Below are positions 1 to 9,354 of a stretch of 64,000 nt of DNA, piece by piece. Within the stretch, counting starts at the first letter, position 1, and every line of letters starts with the position of its first letter. A program made the translations under genes and the position numbers. This DNA is from an uncultured bacterium (GTDB taxonomy: Bacteria; Poribacteria; WGA-4E; WGA-3G), in NCBI GenBank assembly GCA_964652195.1, contig CAZZBB010000060.1, positions 39,003 to 103,002 on the forward strand, written 5' to 3'. Below the pieces are notes generated by a model. The model saw only the letters and a list, made by a program, of their open reading frames with translations, did not search any database and had not been told where the DNA came from.

Positions 1-264
1 TGTTCCGCAGTAATAGTTGAAGTCAGTGCCCCAATCACTCGTGCTATAACTGTAAGTTTGACCATTTTTAAAAGTCTTGTCTGGTAAATCTCGTTCTAAC
101 TCATCAAGTGGTTGATTGACGGCTGTATGTCTGAACCTTCCTGCTCCTGACACATCATTTCCGGTACCGTTATATACCCAAGAAAACCCATCCATAACGA
201 TATATGATGGATTGGATAGCCGATGATGTACTGTCTGTATCACCGAAAGATTTTTAAACTTCAT
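1..264 (-). CDS. hypothetical protein, 5' part only; the gene runs off the window start
   Basis: Reverse-strand ATG at 264 opens a frame (MKFKNLSVIQTVHH...) that stays open to position 1. No recognisable domain. Confidence 0.3.
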   Translation of the reverse strand, partial: MKFKNLSVIQTVHHRLSNPSYIVMDGFSWVYNGTGNDVSGAGRFRHTAVNQPLDELERDLPDKTFKNGQTYSYSTSDWGTDFNYYCGT

Positions 265-280
265 CAAATGGTATTTCATG

Positions 281-1315
281 TCAATCCATCATCTTCAGTT
301 CACCCCATCGGATTGTAAGTTTATCCATTGCATCCACTGCAAGGTGACCATCAATCCATGATGGATTGATGTGTGGTCCGCCTCGATTCGTTAGATTCTT
401 CAATTTTTTGTTGAGAAGATTATATCTATATATCATAAAACTTGATGGTGGACCTAAATTTGGATTTTTAATACTTAAAAGCAGTGTTCTATCATCTTTC
501 ATCCAACATCCGCTATAGACAAAGTATTCCTTCGGAAAGGTGTGTATATCTAAATCTCCAGTAAAGACATTCTGAATATTAACACGCATTGCTAACGATT
601 TTGCATTATCAGGCGTTAGTTCAGCTTCTGGATACATGATGTATTTACCAGACAATGACCAACTCGGCACATACCGATAAACATTATTATCCCCATTAGC
701 GGGAATACTGAGCTGTTTCCCACCACGCCTATTTAGATCTTGAATCCAGACAGTATCCACCCTACCATCCATTTTCACATAGGCAAACCGTTTTCCATCG
801 GGTGCCCAACTCATGTAGTTTATGTTAGCATTTCTCCTGTTATCCGTAAGTTGTTTTACTGATCCATTTTTTAAGTTTATGACATGAATGTTCCAAAACC
901 CTGAACGTCTACTTGTGAATCCGACGTGTTTCCCATCCGGTGAAATTCTTGGGAAAGTATCAGTTGGATGATTATCCATAAATTTATAATCAGTTTGATT
1001 TTTTACATCATATATTCGGAATTCGGAATTCCATATTGTTCCATTCCCATGGGATAGGTCTCTTTGGAACACGATCCTATTTCCGTCAGGAAACCATGTG
1101 GGAACTCTATCATAAAACGATGGGTCTGTTATAATACGAAAATTGCTACCGTTGTCTTCCATTGTGAAGATATGATAATCGTTTTCCCCTTCAGGTATTG
1201 CCATCAGTGTAACTTTCGCGTATGAATTTGGCAAAAATATGATAACACAGAAGAATAAAATTGTCAGACTTATAGTAATTGCCATACACTGTTTACTGTA
1301 AAGTTTGAATCTCAT
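281..1315 (-). CDS. TolB-like / PD40 beta-propeller repeat protein with N-terminal TM/signal
   Basis: 344 aa ORF. Repeated PD40-type motifs (WFPDGNRIVF, SPDGKHVGF, WAPDGKRFAY). Hydrophobic N-terminus. Confidence 0.7.
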   Translation of the reverse strand: MRFKLYSKQCMAITISLTILFFCVIIFLPNSYAKVTLMAIPEGENDYHIFTMEDNGSNFRIITDPSFYDRVPTWFPDGNRIVFQRDLSHGNGTIWNSEFRIYDVKNQTDYKFMDNHPTDTFPRISPDGKHVGFTSRRSGFWNIHVINLKNGSVKQLTDNRRNANINYMSWAPDGKRFAYVKMDGRVDTVWIQDLNRRGGKQLSIPANGDNNVYRYVPSWSLSGKYIMYPEAELTPDNAKSLAMRVNIQNVFTGDLDIHTFPKEYFVYSGCWMKDDRTLLLSIKNPNLGPPSSFMIYRYNLLNKKLKNLTNRGGPHINPSWIDGHLAVDAMDKLTIRWGELKMMD

Positions 1316-1378
1316 TATACACCTTTTAGGGCACAGGTGACTTGAAGTAAGACACCTGTGCTGGTGGATGTAAAATAG

Positions 1379-1927
1379 TTATCTTACATCGCCAAATGTA
1401 ATATCCACACAACCTGTTGCTTCCCATAGATCTTGTTCGTTACCTACTCCAACAGTTCTCGCGGATACACTTGTTAATGTTTCGGCTCTAAATGTCTTAC
1501 CAGCTGCCCATTTTTCATCTGTTATAGTATAACCGTAGGTATATGAACTCCACGCCGTCTCAGTAGGAACCAACTGTCCTTGATAAGACTGAGTGGGAGC
1601 AATAAATACATCATCGAACCATTTATATTTGTCGGTTAACCAAACTATCTGAAAATCATGCTTAAGCAAGAAGGTTATTTCCTTGTCACTACAGTTTGTA
1701 ACATATGCATAACCCGTTACATTGGCAGAGAAATCCCACCATCCTAAACTGACAACTTCTGCATATCCATAGGTATGTGAATTTTCGCCGGAACCACTAT
1801 TTAGGTCAGATGATCGGTTATAAGGTGGTCCATCATCACCTTGATTAGATTGACTAAAACTTGGTATAAACAGTAATGTGTATACTGCAAGTATTGCAGT
1901 GATTTGAAAGATTCTTCGAGTTAACAT
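1379..1927 (-). CDS. secreted hypothetical protein
   Basis: 182 aa ORF with a signal-peptide-like N-terminus (MLTRRIFQITAILAVYTLLFIPSFSQS). No known domain. Confidence 0.5.
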   Translation of the reverse strand: MLTRRIFQITAILAVYTLLFIPSFSQSNQGDDGPPYNRSSDLNSGSGENSHTYGYAEVVSLGWWDFSANVTGYAYVTNCSDKEITFLLKHDFQIVWLTDKYKWFDDVFIAPTQSYQGQLVPTETAWSSYTYGYTITDEKWAAGKTFRAETLTSVSARTVGVGNEQDLWEATGCVDITFGDVR

Positions 1928-1974
1928 TCTAAATTCTCCTTATAGTAGATTTAACAATTAGTTTACATTTTCTG

Positions 1975-2045
1975 GTGTAAGAGGAAACTCCAATTCCAGA
2001 CTATCAATGACCTGAATCGAGATTCGGAGATAACTCCTACAGAAG
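1975..2045. repeat. ~70 bp palindromic intergenic repeat element, copy 1 of 4
   Basis: Arms aggaaactccaattccagac / ctgaatcgagattcggagataactcctacag match the arms of the copies at 5754, 12538 and 22004. Confidence 0.6.
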
Positions 2046-2144
2046 TTATGAAAACATATTTTTAATTTTACAATAAAAACAACCGCACCCACTTTTTACA
2101 TGAGCGGACATTGATTTTTGAATTGCTCTTAACTATATATCAGT

Positions 2145-2183
2145 CTTAAATAGAAAAAGTTAATAGCAATTTCAGATTTTTCT
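2145..2183 (-). promoter_or_regulatory. conserved ~40 bp motif (cttaaaYagaaaaagttaatagcaa...tttttct), copy upstream of the 1379-1927 operon
   Basis: Near-identical to 3271-3312. Both copies lie upstream of minus-strand genes, and one of those genes is an ECF-like sigma factor. Confidence 0.4.
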
Positions 2184-2281
2184 TGCAAATTCTCTAAATA
2201 ACTTTGTGAGATGTGAGGAAAAAGTGGAAATCAATGAAGATTAAGAATTTTATCGGGTAATTTCAGTTTCTTGTAGAAGCC

Positions 2282-2303
2282 GGTTCGGTGGGGAAACCGA
2301 ACC
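2282..2303 (-). terminator. hairpin ggttcgg-N8-ccgaacc downstream of the sigma-like gene
   Basis: Perfect 7 bp stem. There is no strong U-tract, so this is weak. Confidence 0.25.
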
Positions 2304-2548
2304 TACCGGTCCTGGAGTACCGCAAATTGACAGTGATGGGTGAATTGAGTATAACAATCAGCAACAAGTATTGGAATAGTTACCCTGTATTCGTAGACGC
2401 GTGTTATGCGTCTAAACAAAAAGGCGATTGCACATCAGCTGTACTGCTGATATATGCAATCGCCTCTAAAGATGAGACATGAATATTTTCAAAATAAAAT
2501 GAACCTCCCACGCTTTGTTATATACGGTTATACTTCCTGATCTAACCC

Positions 2549-3211
2549 TTATTCAATTAATCCGAACTTTTGGCATTCCTGACGCAACTTCTGTTCTACT
2601 TTTCTTGCCAATTGACTGATTCGTGGTTGGCTAAGTTTTAACAACTTAGCAATATCACAATTTGACATATCCTCACGAATGCAGGTGAAAACCTGTTGTT
2701 CACGGTGAGCCAGTGTTTCAATGAGTTGAGGTAGGACTTTCTCAAAATTGGCGACGGATATCTCCCAAATGAGTCTATCCACAAAACATTCGGCATCAGC
2801 ATCAGGTGTATTTAAAATAAGGTTTATATCTCTGTCGTCTTCGGCATTTAGTTCCCCGTTGGTATATGAATCCATATAGGATTCGGGGCATTCCCGTGCA
2901 TAGCGTTTGAGTTCTTTGTGCTTTGCATTTATCAAATTCCCGCAAATCTTTGGTCGGATGAAAGTTCCAAAACTGGCACCACTTTTATGTGTAGGATTGA
3001 ACGCAGGACCTTTTTCTATGAGCGTTACGGAAGCAATTTGTATCAAATCGTCTCGAAACGCAGGGCGCGATGGTGGCTCAAGCGCGATACAACCTGCACA
3101 CCGACACAAATCGGGTAAAAGACCGGTAATTGTCGCGTTGTCCGGTTGGAATTCACCCTTATGTGAGTAAGATGGACATTTTACCCCTGTCAATTGACAT
3201 TTCAATTTCAT
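2549..3211 (-). CDS. sigma-70/ECF-family sigma factor-like protein with N-terminal Cys-rich (Zn-ribbon-like) extension
   Basis: Region-2-like DDLIQIASVTLIEKGPAFNP...SFGTFIRPKI and region-4 HTH REQQVFTCIREDMSNCDIAKLLKLSQPRISQLARK. N-terminal CxxxxxC...CRCAGC. Confidence 0.55.
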   Translation of the reverse strand: MKLKCQLTGVKCPSYSHKGEFQPDNATITGLLPDLCRCAGCIALEPPSRPAFRDDLIQIASVTLIEKGPAFNPTHKSGASFGTFIRPKICGNLINAKHKELKRYARECPESYMDSYTNGELNAEDDRDINLILNTPDADAECFVDRLIWEISVANFEKVLPQLIETLAHREQQVFTCIREDMSNCDIAKLLKLSQPRISQLARKVEQKLRQECQKFGLIE

Positions 3212-3270
3212 GAGAGACCCTCCCTTTCAAGCGTCTGTTTCCTTAGACATCTTTTAACCTTGATATCAAC

Positions 3271-3312
3271 CTTAAACAGAAAAAGTTAATAGCAAAATGC
3301 AGAATTTTTTCT
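3271..3312 (-). promoter_or_regulatory. conserved ~40 bp motif copy ~60 bp upstream of the sigma-like gene
   Basis: Shares gaaaaagttaatagcaa and the flanking sequence with 2145-2183. Confidence 0.4.
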
Positions 3313-3459
3313 ATTTTCTGCATTTTTTAGGATAATAGATAAGGTTTCTACCATCAAAGAGGTTTCTGCCTTAAAGTTTTTTAATCAGTTTAATATCTGC
3401 TCCTTGTTAAAGAGGTATTGAAAGTATCACAAATTGAATTTTATTTAGGATACCTTATA

Positions 3460-3571
3460 ATACCATTTCTATTAATTTCTGTCCAATTAGCAATTGCTAT
3501 AAATGAAGTGTTGTGTGGCACAAACTAAAAGTTTATGCTACAAAAGAGATACTATATATCAGAAATGGTAT
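3460..3571. mobile_element. MITE-like element (~112 bp) with terminal inverted repeats ataccatttct / agaaatggtat, copy a
   Basis: The terminal inverted repeats and the core gtagcataaacttttagtttgtgc are shared with the elements at 14716-14829 and 24974-25088. Confidence 0.5.
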
Positions 3572-3661
3572 AAAACAGGTGTTTTTCAACTTTAAATTAA
3601 TGGCCATTTAGTGGTATTAGGTTTTGCTGAAGAAACATAACTATCGGAAACCGAATGTTCA

Positions 3662-4909
3662 TTATGGAATAGGCCACCCCGGTGTCGGTTCAGTGCGGAG
3701 CGCTTCTATTTCGTATAACTCTTCAACTTTTATCTCACGACCAAGCTTCGCTGAAAGGAGTGCACCACTCATAATCTCAGTCACTTTCAGACCTACATCC
3801 CCATTGCTGATAGGTTGTTCGTCGTTACTGCAGGAATTAATGAAATCTCGGAACTTATCTGGGAAGTGTTTATCTGGAAGTTCTAAGGGTGTTTCAACGA
3901 GATTCCCTTGATAACGTCTACGGTTGCCTTTGTCATCGGTTTCCCACTCACCTTTTTCAAGGAAGAGTTTATCGTTGCTGAAAGATCCTTTAGACCCGAA
4001 GATAAATATGCCTTGCGGTTGTCCTGCCATATTGCATGACCATCCGTGTTCGTAGGTAAATGACATGCCATTTGTAAATCGGACAAACACGGAAACGAAT
4101 TCCTCAACGTCGTTGATCTCTTCTCCAGTGTATTCAGGAGGCATACCCCGATATGCAATGCCGCTGATAGTTTCGGGTTGTGGTGAACCGAGTAAGTAGA
4201 TAGACCGATTGATGTCATATACACCTGTGTCGTATATTGTACCTCCACCGCTGTAAGCTGAATTGAGAAACCATTTGCCGAATCCGAACATATCTACATT
4301 AGGTCTGCCTCGGAGCCGGTAACTGGTCAACCTACCATAGTGAACATCACCGATTTTCCCGGATGTAACGTGCTCTCGGATAGCATAACTTGTTGGATTA
4401 AGACATGTGCCGCCACTCTGATAAGCAATTTTTACCCCTGCTTTGTCACAGGCATCCCGCATGTTTCTCGCCTCTGTTGCAGTTCGCGCCATCGGTTTTT
4501 CACAAAAGACATGCTTTCCAGCATTTGCTGCTGCGACAGTTGGAGCTTCGTGTACAAAAGGTGGTGTAGCCAGACTTACAGCGTCTAAGTCGCATTCCTT
4601 CAACATTTCATTGAAATCACTATATATTTTGACCCCATCTTTTGCATATTGTTCCCAGCATGCAGCGTTTTCATTGAACTGTTCCCGTGCTTCAGCGGAA
4701 TCAGCTTTTTCTGCTTCCTCCTTAGCACTATTTGCGCGTCCTTCTGCTCCTGAAAGCGTTTCTGCTGCTCTTCTCTGTGCGTTTGCGTCAACTGTATCGC
4801 AAACTGCCACAATCTGTGCTTGTTGCGGATGTGCAAGATACCCGTTGACATGTGAACCGGCAATCATACCGCACCCGATTAGTCCTACTTTAATCCGTTT
4901 TGACATCAT
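3662..4909 (-). CDS. Gfo/Idh/MocA family NAD(P)-dependent oxidoreductase
   Basis: N-terminal Rossmann motif VGLIGCGMIAGSHV. 415 aa. Family-typical C-terminal domain. Confidence 0.85.
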   Translation of the reverse strand: MMSKRIKVGLIGCGMIAGSHVNGYLAHPQQAQIVAVCDTVDANAQRRAAETLSGAEGRANSAKEEAEKADSAEAREQFNENAACWEQYAKDGVKIYSDFNEMLKECDLDAVSLATPPFVHEAPTVAAANAGKHVFCEKPMARTATEARNMRDACDKAGVKIAYQSGGTCLNPTSYAIREHVTSGKIGDVHYGRLTSYRLRGRPNVDMFGFGKWFLNSAYSGGGTIYDTGVYDINRSIYLLGSPQPETISGIAYRGMPPEYTGEEINDVEEFVSVFVRFTNGMSFTYEHGWSCNMAGQPQGIFIFGSKGSFSNDKLFLEKGEWETDDKGNRRRYQGNLVETPLELPDKHFPDKFRDFINSCSNDEQPISNGDVGLKVTEIMSGALLSAKLGREIKVEELYEIEALRTEPTPGWPIP

Positions 4910-5292
4910 GCTGCTCCTAAGTTTTTAATATTTCACGATATATAGAATAATTAACGTTAACAAAGTATTAAGTGAATTATCACTGATTTCTCTTTCGTTG
5001 AGTTCACGTTATTATAGTAAACTTTTGCATTAATGAAGCATTTTACAACGGACGAGGTGACCTCGCCCTACGATGGACGTTTTTCGTAAACGTTGAAATG
5101 TCTCATTAATTATTCACTTTACTATAAATACATTCTTAATAGGAATCTCGTTGAGATTTGTCATTCCAACCATAGGATTTTTTGTTATTCATATTATAGA
5201 TGTTTTCTGATACATGTCAAGAACAGAAGCATTCACTTGATTCAAAACAAAATCTATAAACAAACTGATATTTCTGTCGGATAAAATGGTTT

Positions 5293-5359
5293 AAAACAGA
5301 CCTTTAATCCTAATATCCAGACAAACGATTAGGGTGCAAAAACAGACCTTTAATCCTAA
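5293..5359. repeat. tandem direct repeat aaaacagacctttaatcctaa x2 (period ~44 bp)
   Basis: Seen directly. Lies in a 1.2 kb AT-rich non-coding region. Confidence 0.6.
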
Positions 5360-5431
5360 ATTCCCTGATAATAAATCGTGAAAATGTTGTGTTTTTCCAT
5401 GTAACGAAAAAGTGTCGAAAAAGTGAAAAAA

Positions 5432-5461
5432 GTTACACTTTTTGACACATTGTGTGTCATT
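5432..5461. repeat. 30 bp motif shared with 20545-20574 (inverse orientation), embedded in a larger local palindrome
   Basis: gttacactttttgacacattgtgtgtcatt is the reverse complement of aatgacacacaatgtgtcaaaaagtgtaac at 20545. Confidence 0.55.
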
Positions 5462-5753
5462 GAAATTGGTGTAAATTCCCCCTCTAACCGCTGTCATAGA
5501 CTGACTTTACTCCACTTTGCATTAACTTTTTAAGAATTTCCAAAAAGTGTGATTTTGTGTTTTTGCTGTCCTTGTGAATTTTGACAATTCCACCATACAT
5601 ATTAAAGCAGATTTTTTGACATAAAGCTCTTTTGTATAATGGTTTGTATTTAGGATCGTTTTTATAGATAGTCATCATTTATTCTCTAATTATATACTTC
5701 CCATAAAAGTTATGGTTTTATGGTAGAATAAACAGTTTATTCTACATACTGAC

Positions 5754-5822
5754 TTGTAGGAGGGAATTCTAATTCCCGATTATCAAACTGGTTTGATCGC
5801 GATTCGGAAATCGCTCCTACAA
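5754..5822. repeat. ~70 bp palindromic repeat element, copy 2 of 4
   Basis: ttgtaggagggaattctaattcccgat ... gatcgcgattcggaaatcgctcctacaag. Confidence 0.6.
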
Positions 5823-6151
5823 GTAATGTGTATAATTACGTCAATATTTCACCATAAGTAGAATTTCTTCTCATATCATCTAAATATTCTATATCAATTT
5901 ACTGGAAGTGTGTGCTAAAAAAGTAGCTCTTGGTAATGTTAGTGGTTAGATATAGATATTTTCTTCAATTAATTTTCTTTTTTTATAAAAAAATGTATGA
6001 AATCAGCATTTGGTTAGATATAAACAAAAACAAGTAGTTGACTTTCTTTACAACATGATACCATTTCTAAATATATTTGTGTAACTTCTTGATAATTCCA
6101 CACAGGTTTGATATTATAAAACTCCGAATATTTTGATATAGGTAATAGAGA

Positions 6152-6334
6152 GTGTTTACAATTCAGTCAACTTTGACGGAAGAAGAGAAATGGCAAAATG
6201 AACCTGGTAAGGGTGGATATCCGCTGGACGAACATCGTGATAAAATATCTAATGAACAGTATGAATTAGAATCATTATCAAAAGACATAAAAGCTGCAGT
6301 GCGGCATATTCTACCTAATGGAGGCGAAGCGTGA
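6152..6334 (+). CDS. small hypothetical protein, stop overlaps the SDR start (ATGA)
   Basis: 60 aa ORF. The 4-bp ATGA overlap with the downstream SDR gene suggests translational coupling. Confidence 0.3.
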   Translation: MFTIQSTLTEEEKWQNEPGKGGYPLDEHRDKISNEQYELESLSKDIKAAVRHILPNGGEA

Positions 6335-7080
6335 GTTTAAAAGGACAAGTATGTATTATAACAGGCGGCGGAAGCGGAATTGGACGGGATGCTGCCTTGA
6401 AGATGGCACATCAAGGAGCAACTGTTGTTATCGTCGGCAGAACTGAATCGAAGTTAGAAATAGTAAAATCTGAAGGTAGTAGTGCCAGTGGAACAATAGT
6501 CAGTTATATACTTGATGTAGCTGATTATGAAGCAGTCCAGAAAATGGTGACGGATGTGGTAGAAAAATATGGACGGATTGATGTGCTTGTTAACAACGCA
6601 GGACACAGTTCACACAATCGTCGCATTACCAATGCAACACCAGATGAGGTGCGATCGGTAGTCGATTCAAACCTTATAGGTACGTTTTTCTGTTCTCAAG
6701 CTGTTGTACCTACCATGTTGGAAGCAAAGTCGGGAACAATCATCAATATCTCATCACTGGCAGCGATAACGCCTGGACCACTTGCAGGTTATGCTTATGG
6801 GGCAGCGAAGGCAGGTATTATTAATTTTACAGAGTTTCTTAATAATGATTTAATGAATACAGGTATCAGAGCCAGTGTCATTATTCCGGGTGAAGTCGCA
6901 ACACCGATTTTGGATAATCGACCAAATCCACCGGATGCAGAAGCACGCACAAAAATGGTAGATGTCGCAGAAACAACAGCTGCTATTCTCCTAATTGCCA
7001 CCTTACCCCCCAGAACAAACATACCGAAGTTGACAATCCGTCCAACTGAACATCGTGATATGGTTGAATTGAAAGATTGA
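6331..7080 (+). CDS. SDR family oxidoreductase (short-chain dehydrogenase/reductase)
   Basis: TGGGSGIGRD cofactor motif, NNAG, YGAAKAG catalytic motif. 249 aa. Confidence 0.9.
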   Translation: MSLKGQVCIITGGGSGIGRDAALKMAHQGATVVIVGRTESKLEIVKSEGSSASGTIVSYILDVADYEAVQKMVTDVVEKYGRIDVLVNNAGHSSHNRRITNATPDEVRSVVDSNLIGTFFCSQAVVPTMLEAKSGTIINISSLAAITPGPLAGYAYGAAKAGIINFTEFLNNDLMNTGIRASVIIPGEVATPILDNRPNPPDAEARTKMVDVAETTAAILLIATLPPRTNIPKLTIRPTEHRDMVELKD

Positions 7081-7084
7081 GGAA

Positions 7085-8293
7085 TCACCGGGTATAAATT
7101 GTTGTCTCAGGGTAATAACGTGCCCAAGCGAACCAATAGATGTTCACAGCAGGTATACGTTCTAAATTTTTACCTTTATGTTTGCCTAATGTTGCTTTAC
7201 CTGTAATCAGATTCCATTTTGTATCGGTATTATCTTGAGCGAAATAACCATCCTGGGGTGTAAAAAGTATTACCTTTTTGTCTACGATACGTTTATAAAC
7301 AGCGGTTGCAAATGACTCTTTGTCGTGATAGATTAACAAAGGCACACCGTTAACTGTATCGTTGATGATAGCGGTTTTCGCAAATCGTGAAAGTGGATAG
7401 GCGCGATAGTCCGTGTTATCAGAATCTTTTGGCTGAGTTTGTGTCAGATTATTTTGTATATTGACCTGTCCTCCATCAGCACCGTCTTGTCCATCAGCCC
7501 CATCCTGTCCAGCTGCACCGTCATGTCCAGCTAAGCCATCTTCACCAGCTTGACGTTGCACTTGGACTCCAATAACAAGCTGCTTATTCGGTAGTCTTTT
7601 ATCTGTGTATTTTGTTCCACTTACACCTGTGTCTTGGCTCGTGTGATACCTTTCATACGAATCAAGTCCGATGTCTTCTCGCATCTCGCCTCTATAGAGA
7701 ACAGAAAGCACACTTGTATCGGGAAAATTATCTTGCCATGTTTTCCATGTGATTTGTGGCATTGAGGCGAGTGGTTTTAGTTTTTTGCCTTTCAGTGGAC
7801 CTTGAATAGCTTCGCCAGTAATGTGTGACCAGAGTGACCGTGTTTGATGGTCATACATTAACAGTGCATCTCGCCACAATTTTCCGCTTACGCCGAAAGT
7901 GTAGGTTTTCCCTTCCAGTTCCCGACTATACACGATAGCCGTTTTACAGAGTGGTCACCATGTGGTAGCAATCTTTTTTCCGCCGACAACATCGTTTACA
8001 ATCTCATGTCCATTAAGCAGGTAGAGTGAATATGCGTGACTTTCACCGTTGAAAGTTACACCTATGACCGGTGCATCTGGATCTAATTTTGCTTTGCCAG
8101 CAGGCACGAATTGCGGCTTTGTGATAGCAGGGATGGCATCAAACTTCAGTAAAGTAATGATTGGGTCTTTGTCGTTGTCTGCTGCGGTTACGCTGAGAAC
8201 AAAAGTGAGTAAAAGCGTAAATATAGTGATGTAGTTTTTTAGAGAGGAAAGAATGTCTTTTCGGGATTTGCATGTTGTATTTGTCATTGGCAT
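7085..8293 (-). CDS. DUF3179-like secreted protein with one in-frame TGA (7955-7957) at the first Cys of the conserved CPLC motif. Either a candidate selenoprotein or a nonsense pseudogene.
   Basis: Track ORFs 7955..8383 and 7085..7933 are in the same frame (...KKIATTW-TGA-PLCKTAIVYSRELEGKTYTFGVSG...). Signal/TM at the N-terminus. Collagen-like GxD repeat insert. Confidence 0.5.
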
Positions 8294-8315
8294 CGTTCCT
8301 TTCACTAATATTGTA

Positions 8316-9242
8316 TCATTCGAGAACAAAGTTCTCATATGCAGCATCAAGAACAAGATTGAGTGCATGCAGTTTTTCCACAATTGGACTTAGTTTATTT
8401 TCAGGATCAGACTTGTTCCACTTAAGATATATTAACAGATTATCAAGACAAACATGGGTTATCGTACATACGGTTCTTGTATCCGGTTCGGTAAAAAATA
8501 TGTTCGGATGGAAGTGTCCTTCCTCATCTTGTTTAAGATGATAACCTCCAATATCAAGCCAATCACCGTGGACCTGATGACTTGCAATTTCGAATACATA
8601 GGAATATATAGGATCTATTTCAAATTCTTTCAAAATATCTCGATAATCCTTTCCGTCAACATTCCAAATGGTATTATTCAACATTTTTCTTTTGCTCATT
8701 CCATCCTCTCTAAGCATGGATATAATACGACTTCTCATCACTTCTTTATTCCGGCTTAATGGTTCTTGTTTAGCTCTATTGTTTAGCTCCTGAAGTAATT
8801 CCTTTTCAGGTCTGTAGGCAGCTAAAATAAAACTTTGAAGTGTTTTTTCTTGGGATTCTGATGTAATGAGGTAATTCATTGTTATTACAGTTTTATGTAT
8901 GAGGCTAAAAAAAATGTATGTTAATTCATGTTGATGATTACGAATATGCATTAGCATCCCTTCGTATAGTTTTGTAATCCGAACCATGTGTCCTACAATA
9001 ATTGCCTTGTTTTTGGTATACCCTTTGGTAGCAGTTTCTTCATCTGGTACTGAAGATGCACCTGCTTTGAGTAAGTATAAGCACCGTTTCATAATTTTAA
9101 CAGCGAATTTCATAAATTCGGTATTCGTATCAAAATTCGGTGGTGGTGAATTGAAATCGACCCACTCTTCAACTTTTTTTAGATTTTGAATGATTTCATT
9201 CATATTACTTACTCTTGATTTCCAAAGTAGATTCGTTGGCAA
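8316..9242 (-). CDS. hypothetical protein
   Basis: 308 aa ORF. No recognised domain. Confidence 0.5.
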   Translation of the reverse strand: MPTNLLWKSRVSNMNEIIQNLKKVEEWVDFNSPPPNFDTNTEFMKFAVKIMKRCLYLLKAGASSVPDEETATKGYTKNKAIIVGHMVRITKLYEGMLMHIRNHQHELTYIFFSLIHKTVITMNYLITSESQEKTLQSFILAAYRPEKELLQELNNRAKQEPLSRNKEVMRSRIISMLREDGMSKRKMLNNTIWNVDGKDYRDILKEFEIDPIYSYVFEIASHQVHGDWLDIGGYHLKQDEEGHFHPNIFFTEPDTRTVCTITHVCLDNLLIYLKWNKSDPENKLSPIVEKLHALNLVLDAAYENFVLE

Positions 9243-9354
9243 TGAAAACTTCTAATTTATCCTTTTACATTGTCATCTTTTTCACAGCAACGTTTGGATT
9301 GCTACAAAACATTCGTAAAGAGATATGAGAATGTAGACATTATCTTGAGCGTGG

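Noticed and set aside
2288-2482. 64 aa ORF in the region downstream of the sigma-like gene
   Set aside because: It overlaps a hairpin and the repeat-rich intergenic region, has no RBS or domain, and is likely spurious.
3883-4928. Several 80-160 aa ORFs nested or antisense inside the Gfo/Idh/MocA gene, and similar nested ORFs inside dnaK, ligA, the WD40 gene, the sulfatases and others
   Set aside because: Each lies within a long ORF that has clear domain signatures. They have no independent domain support and are antisense or off-frame artefacts.
7933-7957. The break between track ORFs 7955..8383 and 7085..7933, considered as a frameshift or as two separate genes
   Set aside because: Both ORFs are in the same reading frame and are separated only by one TGA. 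The lower ORF's M is a GTG artefact of the ORF caller. The locus is one gene with an in-frame stop, not a frameshift.
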